Assembly: GCF_006345805.1 (NCBI RefSeq)
Contig: NC_043006.1
Location: 38,812,001-38,876,000, forward strand
Source of the DNA: Octopus sinensis
Taxonomy: Eukaryota
DNA: 64,000 nt
Direction of reading: 5' to 3'
Numbering within the stretch: the stretch's first letter is position 1; each line of letters starts with the position of its first letter. The notes beneath the pieces were generated by a model, which was given only the letters and a program-made list of their open reading frames with translations, made no database searches and had not been told where the DNA came from. The translations under genes and the position numbers were made by a program. Positions 53,816 to 64,000 of the stretch are shown one piece after another.

Positions 53816-55244
53816 ATGTATCTGTATGTCTGTGTATGGTACGTGTTCTACTCTTGACACCATGTGATGGTCTTAAGCGCATGTTACTGACATTCAAATC
53901 CTGTGTAAACATTGGCTGGGGGGGGGGCGAATATCACCTTGCTTGGAAGCAGATCAGTGTCAGCCACAGGATGGGCATCTAACCATAGAAAACTTGCCTT
54001 AATGAATTCCACCTGAGCCACACACGGAAAATTAAATGGGGGAAAAGGTAGTGATGGTGATGGTGGTGATGCAGGTGATGGTGATGATGATGGTGGTGGT
54101 GGTGATGGTGGTGGTGATAATGGTTGTGACAGTGGTGATAGTGATAGTGGTGATGGTGGTCATGATGCCAGTCACCAAAGGTAGCAACATGCAAGCTTCA
54201 TTTAGAATAGTTCAATCAATGATAGAATAACAATGCTACTTTTTCAAAGTTTACATTGAAGACCATTCTTTTCTATAGCAGTGAGGCTTTGATGATAACA
54301 AAACCACAAACAGAACAGATAGAAGCTGGACAGCATGTGTCTTTATGATCAAACTGAAAGTTCTAGAAGGTAAAAAAAAAATTATAATGAATGACTAATT
54401 GCAAGATCAAAGACTTATTCAGTCCATAGCTTTTTATGGCAGAGAAAAAATATTATTCTAATTGGATATGCTTTACAGTGACCAAACAAACCAACTGTAC
54501 CACAGACCACCCCTTTTGAATTATAAGAAAGAATCTATAGGATCTTATGAGTTTGGAGAAGTTTTTATGAAAGACATTATCTGCCATTAATTTGGATCTA
54601 ACCAGATGCAATATTTGATTCAGTGAAGCTGCTGACCATTGTATGAACAAGAACCAATGGCCATAGAGAACTGGCTATTATTAAGAACACATCTCTTATG
54701 TTGTAGATTACATGCTACAGAAAGAGAAAAGGCTGATTTTCTTTGTTTTAGAGAAATGTAAATGATAACACCCACATCTTTTTTGTTTTTGTTTTTGTAA
54801 CAAAATGGTTCCATCATTGTCAGGGTACAACATAATCTTTATTTCACAAACATTATCCTTTGTGAAACCCTGTTCGTTAAAAACAAAAAAGAAATGGTAT
54901 TCCATTGGTTTCCAGTTGATTGGATCGATAGAACAACCTGCTTGTGAAATTAGCATGCAAGTGGCTGAGTACTCCACAGACACACGTACCCTTAATATAG
55001 TTGTCAGGGAGATTCAGCATGACATACAGAATGTGACAAGGCTAGTTATTTGAATTATAGGTAGATCTCATTTTTGCCAGCTGAGTGGACTGGAGCAATG
55101 TGAAATAAAGAGTCTTGCTCAAGGACACAGTGCACCACCAGGAATCAAACTCACTAACCAAACACCCTAACCACTAAGCGACATATCATTGTTCCTGTTC
55201 ATTAACTGAATTCTTAATTACATGAGTACTTGAAATATATATAT

Positions 55245-55810
55245 CATCATCATTGTTTAAAATCCGTTTTCCATGCTGGCATGGGTTGGACGGTTCAACC
55301 GAGGTCTGGGAAGCCAGGAGGCTGTGCCATGTTCCAATCTGATCTGGCAGGGTTTCTACAGCTCGATGCCCTTCATAACGCCAACCACTCTGTGAGAGTG
55401 TAGTGGGTGCTTTTTACATGCCACCGGCACAGGCGCCAGAGGAAACTGGCAAATGGCCACAATCGGTCAGTGCTTTTTACGTGTCACCAACACGGATGCC
55501 AGTCAGGCAGTGCTGGCATCAGTGACATTCGGATGGTACTTTTTATGTGCCACCGGCACGGGTATCTCAAATACAATTTCCATTTGATTTTTATTTTGAT
55601 GTTGGTGTTGACGTACTTGACTCAATAGGTCTCCTCAAGCACAGCAGGTCACTCTACGATCCAAGATTAGCACAGCAGGCCATCCTGCAAACCATGAACT
55701 CACTTCATTTGTCGGGTCTTTGCAGTCACAGCATATCTCAGAGGTCTCTGTCTTTCGTCATTTCCTCTGTGAGGCCCAACGTGCCACCGGCACAGGTATC
55801 ACAACTACAA
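55245..55810 (-). mobile_element. RTE LINE 3' end
   Basis: (CAT)n tail, UTR repeats and the ORF2 terminus. Confidence 0.75.
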
Positions 55811-56708
55811 TATCCATTTGAATAGATATATGAATAGAAGAGTAATCCATTTCAAGCCATACTCAGACTCCACACAAAGACAGAAAATGTTTTATTTGGC
55901 CATCCAACCATAGCAAATACATAAATACATACATTTATGCATATGTCTGTGTTTGCGCAAGCGCAAACGTGCATTTTTCTCTTTATTTTGCTTCTGTCAA
56001 TCCATAGTTACAGTTTTAGCAAAAAATACGGGGATAATTATTATTTTCTATATAAAATATGAAAATTTTCAAGCTATATTACATGTGTACCTGAACATTA
56101 ACGAAGTACTTGTACATGTGGTTGCAGCCACTTAAGTGCATGCATAATCTACTCATAGATGTTATTCAAATTTCAGTCTGTTGGTTGAATACACTTGTAT
56201 TGTACAAGCGTTTATCACTCATAATCCGATTTTGTATAGCTGTCTCCATATAGTGACCTCATTTGTCATTCCATCTACTGAAAGTCTTGTGACTTTGGAA
56301 GAATGGTGATGTGTGCAGACCTAACCTGTTGAAAGCATGCAGTTAGAAAGCAGTGAGACTAAATAATCATCTGAAAGGTGATGGAAAGTCAGAAATGCCA
56401 TTGACAATGTGCAACCACAAGAAAACGGCAATCTGCAGGGAGAATGGAACACTGTCCCTGAATGTTCTCTTCTGTTTTTCATTAGTTGAATTCTTCCTCT
56501 GAAGAAGGAGCTAGTTTCTTACAAAGATACCCAGTTTTATCATTGGAATGTAGATAATGAAAATAGTGTTGTTTTAAACTTGAGAAAAGTCTTGCATACC
56601 TTTACTGTTCCACTTACAGATTGTATTTGCATGTATGTATGTATGTATGTATGTATGTATATGTTTGTGTGCGTGCATGCATGCATGCATGTGTGTATGC
56701 ATGCATGC

Positions 56709-56740
<32 letters not shown>

Positions 56741-58259
56741 CATTTTTCAGTTCTATTTCAAGATTTCTTGCTAATAGAGAAAGAGCTGGTTTTTAACCTA
56801 GATCTAAGGCTCCTTCATTGGAATTTCAACATTAACAAAAGGGTATTTTTGAATGTATGTATGTATGTATGTATGTATGTATGTATGTATGTATTTGTAT
56901 GTTTTATGTATGTATTTTCATGCATACTATTGCATATCTAGACATGCTCATATGTATTTAAATGATAAACTTCTGGTAAGTTTTACAGATTTTTACAGTT
57001 CCAGTGATGGATTGGATCTGTAGTCTTTGAATCAGATTTCTCCTTTCTGGTTTTGAGAAGCCTAATCTCTAAGATTGGTATATGTATATACATATGTATG
57101 TATGTATGTAAGCATGCATGCATATATGTATGCATGCATGCATGTATGTATGATAAATATTTGGAAGATATTAGCCCTCTTGCTGAAAAGGGCACAAAAA
57201 TGTCTGTCAAGTGAGCAGTGTGATGGTATTTACTTCTCAATGGCAAGTCTACTCAACCATAAATGCTGTTACAGAAACACTCATTATATACCAATATGAG
57301 GATATCCAGCAGAATCTCTCATTCAACTTGTGTAACAGAATCAGTAGGGCAACCAGTGGACTCCTGTGGCCATTATATATCTCAACCTCAAGATCAAGAG
57401 CGAGGGAACATATTTAACCGCTTTGTTCAAGTCTCCCTTGACCTCAAGTGGCCTGAACTCTTTACATGAACACCACCCTGTACTTAACTCCATGTCCTCC
57501 TACATGGCCTTGCTATTTGCTTTTGAGCCAAAAATTAACTAACTAACTAACTAACTAACTAATTACCCCAAAATATATATTTATTTATTCCGACATTACT
57601 CCCTTCATTTTAAAGGAAGAAAATCCTAGATTCTTTGAATTCAAGAGGTTTATTGAATCTATTTATATGGAGAATACAATTATAAATATAAAAGGGATAA
57701 AACAAATGCAATTAAATAAATTAATATCTTCAATGTGAAACAAAAGGATTTTTCTAGAGACTTTTTCATTTCAGGTTTTGGATGTTGACATCTTAGAAAC
57801 CAAATTCTTAGTAGTTCAAAATGACGTGAGATCTCCTAAACACATTGGATAGATGCAGTGTTGCCAGAAATTTTTTTTTTATACAGGGTGTTCAAAAAGT
57901 TTCTCTGCTTGTAAAATTAATGTGCAAGTGGCTGAGCATGCAACAGACTTTTGTACCCTTAACGTAGTTCTCGGGGAGATTTAGCGTGACACAGAGTGTG
58001 ACAAGGCTGGCCCTTTGAAATGCAGCTACAACAGAAACAGGAAGAAAGAGTGAGAGAAAGTTGTGGTGAAAGAGTACAGCAGGGTTCGCCACCACCCCCT
58101 GCCAGAACATCATGGAGCTTTAGGTGTTTTCACTCAATAAACATTCCCAACGCCCAGTCTGGGAATCAAAACCGTGATCCTACAACTGCAAGTCCACTGC
58201 TCTGACCACTGGGCCATTGTGCCTCCACATAGAGAAGTAATATTATTACAAGGGCTTAT

Positions 58260-58530
58260 TCAACATGAGATAAATTGAGAACAAAGCAGAGTGAACAATG
58301 TGACTGCAAAATGCTGAAAGTACAAATGCTGCTGGGTTGGACATGTTACAAGGGTCACGGATGACAGGGGAACTCATGCAGTTACTGAGGGATATCCAAG
58401 GGATCAGAAAAAGTCACTAGGAAGGCATCTATGAGGATGGAAAGGCACTGTAGTTAAGCAATTTGGGTTGAGATGGAAAAGAATGGTGCAACCAAGACAG
58501 AATTGGAAGTGCATTGTGACCAGCGGTGTA
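58260..58530 (+). pseudogene. Decayed RTE-clade ORF2 C-terminal fragment (different subfamily)
   Basis: WVGHVTRVTDDRGTHAVTEGYPRDQKKSLGR...W...FGLRWKRMVQ.RQNWK. Confidence 0.7.
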
Positions 58531-58905
58531 TAACAATATTTGATGGTTAGGTCAATACTGTGACTAAAATCACAACGTTGCCCCTAAATGGGATACCACA
58601 CGATTGCAGAGTAACTTATTTACAGTCAAGTGGACTGGGGCAATGGGAAATGAAATGCTTTGCTCAAGAACACAGAACACTGCCTGGTCTGGGAAATGAA
58701 ACCATGATCTTGTGATCACGAGTGCAATACCCTAAGCACTCAGCTACACACCTTCTCATGTGATATACATAGCATAGAGTTTATTCATATAGATAGTGAA
58801 GTTTCCTTTTGATACCATTTCTTATAAATAAATTGTGTTTTCACGGAGGTAGATTGTGAAAATTGCTCTGACAAAAGATATTTAGGAATAAAAGAAGGGA
58901 CTTAC

Positions 58906-59019
58906 GTGTGCAAGAAAATCCATCGCTATTGAGATTGTAACCCTCATTGCAAGCACATAAGTATCCATGATATGATTGGATACACTTTTGCTCACAGGAT
59001 GCCAAGCTGTCACAGGACC
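58906..59019 (-). CDS. EGF-like domain exon (114 nt, phase 1-1) of an unidentified extracellular protein
   Basis: CTTTCAG acceptor and GTAAGT donor; SCDSLASCEQKCIQSYHGYLCACNEGYNLNSDGFSCT shows six-Cys EGF spacing with GYxLxxDGxSC. Confidence 0.9.
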
Positions 59020-59275
59020 CTGAAAGGAACAAAGCATAGGTGTCATTAGAACATGACATAAGTATAGACATACATACATACATACATACATACATACAGA
59101 GAGAGATATATATTTAAGTCGCAATACATGGAGTCAAGTAATTTATTGTTAAATATAAGAATATAATTTATCTTCATGTTTTTAAGCTACGAAACAATTT
59201 GTCATGATATTTGAATATATTATGGCTAAATAAAATTTCACCAAACTATTTCTCTGTCATTTACCACTTTAACTT

Positions 59276-59327
<52 letters not shown>

Positions 59328-59357
59328 CATATATTATAGCTTTTCTTTTTGGCTGTT

Positions 59358-59404
<47 letters not shown>

Positions 59405-59405
<1 letters not shown>

Positions 59406-59920
59406 TTATCATCATCATCATCATTTAATGTCCATTGGACAAGCTGGAAGGCTGTACCAAACTCCAGTCTGATTTGGCAAGGTTTCTATGGCTGGATGCC
59501 CGTCCTAACACCAACCACTTCAAGAATGTAATGGATGCTCAATGTGCTACTGGCAGTGGTGCTATTTGTGTGACACCAGTATCTGCCATGACTGCAATTT
59601 TGCTTGGCTTGATTGGTCTTCTTCTCAAGCACGACATAGTACCAAAGGTCTTAGTCAATACCTCTGTGAGGCCCAAAGTTCGAAAATCATACTTCACCAC
59701 TGTATCCCAGGTCTTCCTGGGTCTACCTCTACAACAGTTACAGATCGGCACTTTTTTTATACAGCTGTCCTTGTCCATACACATCACATGACCATACCAG
59801 CACAGTCATCTCTTTTGCACACCGCATCTGATATCTCTAATGCCCAACTTTTCTCTCAAGATGCTTACACTCTGTCGAACATGCACACTAATATTGCACA
59901 TCCAGCGAAGCATACTGGCC
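59405..59920 (-). mobile_element. RTE LINE 3' portion (ORF2 C-terminus, UTR and tail)
   Basis: MDKDSCIKK...RGRPRKTWDTVVKYDFRTLGLTE joined to the GGATGCCC UTR and (ATG)n tail. Confidence 0.85.
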
Positions 59921-60170
59921 TCAACAAAAATTCTGTCTAATGACTTAATGTAATATGTATGCACAATGACATATGGTCAGCTCTTCTTGAAAAAACTGTA
60001 AGGGATTTTACACAGTATTTTTAAATTCTTTATTTATTATAGCGATTCTACAATTATGTTTTTATAATTATGTCTGAATTTATAAATTACATGCTTTAAA
60101 GTGACACCATTTGTTTTGCTTGCTCATTCTCTTTTCCTAGTATATAAACACACATACATATATATATATG

Positions 60171-60218
<48 letters not shown>

Positions 60219-60263
60219 TATATATTTTGTGTGTGTGTATATATAAATATATATATATTTGTG

Positions 60264-60314
<51 letters not shown>

Positions 60315-60759
60315 CAATTAAAAGAATTTATTTTCTGTTGAGACATTATCTATCTTTTCAATTCAATGTACATACAAGAGCTGGCATCATTCCACCTGAA
60401 GCCATCCCATTGATGTTGCATTCATCTTTAAAAAGAAAACATAGCTGATTTCAATTTGCTGAGCTCATATGCAGACACTGCCACACACATCATCATCATC
60501 ATCATCATCTTCATTATCACTATTTCACAGATATATTTATTCCTTCTTTTTTCTTTTGTTTTTTTTTTTGCTTTGAATACACAAGTTTAACACTGGCAGC
60601 AATCACCCAATAAATACATTTGTTCCAATGACGAACGCCGTTGATTTAATACAAGCTACATTTCACCTTTCCATCAACATTTATCAATGAAATTCAATTA
60701 TATTTGCTTCGTATACAGAAATAGTTTCATTAACCATAAACATTTAGTAAAGTCTTTAC

Positions 60760-60834
60760 CACTTTTCATTTCAATGATTTTGTTTGAACCAAAGCTGCCA
60801 AATGAAAGGACCTCTCTGTATTTTATATCATTTG
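60760..60834 (-). CDS. Weak candidate exon (75 nt, phase 1-1)
   Basis: TTCTGTTTCTAG acceptor, G|GTAAAG donor, open frame NDIKYREVLSFGSFGSNKIIEMKS. Confidence 0.25.
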
Positions 60835-60984
60835 CTAGAAACAGAAGCCAAATCCAGACACTTTTCTTTCTTCTTTCTTTATTGGTTCTTCGTAATTATT
60901 TCCTTGTCTTGTGCCATTATATGTACGACTTGACACTGCTATTTGTCTACATTGTCAGTTCACAGTTCCAGTGCTAGATAAGGT

Positions 60985-61225
60985 AAAGTTATGTTTCTGA
61001 GTCATGCCGACAGATAAGGGCAGGTTTTCCGGTTTCCAAAGTGTGTATATTCCCCACCAGGATGGGACACCGAAGCATCGCAGAGTTACTCCCTTTTGCC
61101 AGCTGAGTGGACTAGAGCAATGTGAAATGAAGTATCTTGCTCAAGAACACAATACATTGCCCGGCCCAGGAATTGAAACCACGATCTTACGATCATGAGC
61201 CCAATACCCTAACCACTAAGCCAGC
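60985..61225 (-). mobile_element. SINE family C
   Basis: GCTGAGTGGACTAGAGCAATGTGAAATGAAGTATCTTGCTCAAGAACAC...CCCTAACCACTAAGCCA. Confidence 0.75.
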
Positions 61226-62122
61226 TCCAGTACTTCAGGGATATAACTAGAATGTCACAGTAAAGGATTATAAGACAGATTCTTCTACCCTAGGGCTCAA
61301 GGCAAGAGACATTGGTATAGAACCAAGAACGAGATTGTATCCATAGTCTCAGTTGATCACACTTGACAATCCAGTCAGAGAGTGTAATGATGGTTGCTTC
61401 TGATAGGACCTTATGAAGGAGGGGCCTAGAAAACTCTCCCTCCACAACCCCACCAGGAATAGTGGGTAGGAAAAATGAAGGAATGGAGTGAACACTAATA
61501 TATAATAATAATGATTCTGGTGCATTTGTTTGGTGTCATGCAAAGGAAATAGTGTAGAACTGGTGGTGTGGCAGTTCTTCATGTCTGAAGATCATGAAGA
61601 AGAATGGTTAGCCTCTGAGTCGCTCAGAAAACCAATCCTTAAACAACAAGCTTTGGTGCACTTATATAGGGGTCATGACAATGAATCTTTCCTTTTCTGG
61701 TGTTTCCACAGCTGTCATTCTGCTCTTCTCAAAATTGCTTGCAGAGGTCTGGGGGCATTCTTATCACAACTTGAGATCCCCACTCTGTGTGTGTGTGTGG
61801 GGGGGGCATATCCCTGCCCTGGTGTGTTGGAATTTTAGCTCATCTTATTGTTGTTATTATTATCAAGGGCAATATAAATAATTGATAGCAACAGCAATAA
61901 TAATATAAGTGGTTGCATACCTAAATTAGCCTTATATAGCCAGATAATTAAAATTCATATCATAAAGACACACGAATGCACCTGCCTGCTAGATATAAGA
62001 GCTAAAACCCTCATTAAACCACCAATAATAACACTGAAAATAACAACAGAAAAGAACAGTATTTGGGCAAACGGATCAAAAAATATCCGTCACATACCTC
62101 TATAGTAGATTGCTATATTTTT

Positions 62123-62660
62123 CAGTTCTATATTTAAGAGATGAGGAATTATGTACATTATTTACATTTGACAGATATTTGTCCTGATCTTGTTTGTTGT
62201 TAACAAAACATTTTGGCTGATATACCCTCCAGCCTTCATCAAATGTCTTGGGGAAATTTCGAACCTGGGTTCTTGTTCCAAAGGTATTTTTTTAATGTTA
62301 TTATCATTATTATTATTTAGGTCATTGCCTAGAATCGAACTCGGAATCTTGGAGTTAGTAGCCTGCGCTCTTAATCACTATGCCATAATTGCACATAGGC
62401 ACATGGCATACTGGTTAAGAGTGCAAGTTACTAACCCCAAGATTCCGAGTTCAATTCCAGGCAGTAACCTAAATAATAATAATAATGATAATAATAATAA
62501 TGATAATAATAACAACAACAACATTGAAAAATACCTTAGGAATGAGATCCCAGGTCCAAAATTTCCCCAAAACCCCTGATGAAGGCTGCAGGATTTATCA
62601 GTTGAAATGTTGTGATAGCAACAAACAAGATGAGGACAAATATCTGTCAAATGTAAAAAA
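62123..62660. mobile_element. Palindromic head-to-head dimer of a tRNA-headed, hammerhead-tailed element
   Basis: Left arm 62123-62386, 16-bp spacer, right arm 62403-62660; A-box TGGCATACTGGTTAAG, B-box GAGTTCAATTCC, (AAT)n, CTGATGA...GAAA. Confidence 0.85.
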
Positions 62661-62979
62661 TACTATATATTTCTTGGTATTAGTATACTTGTTTGCTAAA
62701 TACTGTTGTTTTCTGTTGTTATTGGTGGTTTAATGGGGTTTTTTAATTCTTATGTCTATCAGGCAGGCACATTCATGTGAATTATATATATATATATATG
62801 TAGAAAGATATATCAAAAGGAAGTGTTATAATACTATTCCACAGCCATTCCAACAATCCAACATACCTCCATCATCAGCTGCCCCATGGATATCATTATG
62901 GTTTCAACACCTTATTTAAATAACGATCATTTCAAGTAGCCAACATGTAATATATGTAATTATGTACTATTTGTGTATG

Positions 62980-63035
62980 TCCCACTGATGAGGCAAAGTA
63001 TATTTTTATACAGAGCCAGAAATACGGATCTGAGA
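62980..63035 (+). ncRNA. Hammerhead ribozyme-like motif (third family)
   Basis: TCCCA-CTGATGA-GGC AAA GTATA TTTT TATAC AGA GCC-A-GAAA-TACGGA-TC-TGAGA; stem I 4 of 5 pairs. Confidence 0.5.
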
Positions 63036-64000
63036 TTATCCAATAATTTTTTTGCTAGATTATTTGTCCATTTGTTTTTTCCCCTTCTGCTTTATGAATA
63101 AATGATGTGGTTTTAGAATCAAGTTTTGACTGCTATCTCTAGCATGGTGGTATCTCCTAGATATGCTTAATTATAATTTTAATATATCAGTTATTGAATA
63201 CAATTACAAAAGCGCTACTAATAGTTTCATGTTTTGAGATACATTAAATTGACAGATTTATATAAGATGCTGTGTGTCTCCAAGCAACCTTTCAGGATCA
63301 GTTCATAATGTTAGATGTATTTAAAAAGCCGGATACTGGTCGATGAGAAGACAGGATAAAAAAAAAGGGAAGAAAATAATGTGAAGAAGGCTGATGTAAA
63401 AATTGAAACAAGAGAAAGGAAAATAAAAGTTAGAGAATCAGGGTCTTTGTCCTCTTTGACTGTAGAAACCATAATTAATGTATTAGGTGTGAAGAATAAT
63501 GTAACAGAATGGAGGCCAAAGTCTGTAAAAATCCGAAGTGGGTGATGTCCTCCAGTTCAACAAAAGAAGCATCCTTTTAATGTCCACGTTTTCATGCTTG
63601 TCTGAGTCAGATAGAGCTTTATTGAGGTAGATTTTTCTATGGCCAGTTGACCCCACTACTGACACCAAACCATACCTGTCTCAAAGCAAGGTAGTATTTC
63701 TTCATATCCAAACATGCTTTTGCAGAATATTGGAAATAAATGTTAATTCCTTTGCAACAATCTTGCAATGCAAAGAAGACAAGCAGACACAAAAACATAC
63801 GTACACTCAGTTTCCATCTACCAAATCCACCTACAAGGCCTTGGTTGGCCCAAGGTGTCATGCAGTGGGATTGAATCTGAAACCATGTGACTGGAAAGCA
63901 AACTTGACTCTAAAACCACATTAAATGTTCATACAGCACCAGGAGAGAAGACAAAAGGACAAATTATCCAGTAATTTTTTTGCTAGTTTATTTTGTCTCT

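Noticed and set aside
57876-57900. Tc1-like terminus TACAGGGTGTTC
   Set aside because: Only one end is visible and it runs directly into a SINE.
62403-62465. tRNA gene (also the heads at 584, 32365 and 37646)
   Set aside because: Only A/B boxes and a partial cloverleaf are present; they continue into repeat bodies, so they are SINE heads.

Overview
AT-rich, repeat-saturated metazoan genomic DNA. The SINE families and microsatellite load fit an octopus (cephalopod) genome; this is an inference. Almost all ORFs in the supplied track are microsatellite artefacts. Only one host exon is well supported: a phase 1-1 EGF-domain exon on the minus strand (58906-59019). Several weaker phase 1-1 minus-strand exon candidates suggest the window is mostly intron of a large extracellular modular-protein gene. 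The rest is three or four tRNA-derived SINE families, 5'-truncated RTE and CR1-group LINE fragments, a decayed mariner, hAT/Tc1/piggyBac-like MITEs and simple repeats. The most unusual signal is a set of minimal hammerhead-ribozyme motifs in at least three unrelated repeat families. One of these is a tRNA-headed, hammerhead-tailed element present twice as a head-to-head palindromic dimer, and one copy sits inside the mariner with an 11-bp target duplication. The window also has several other long fold-back palindromes and two inverted arrays of a 47-bp TTAGGG-containing unit. Repeat boundaries are approximate unless a TSD or TIR is quoted.
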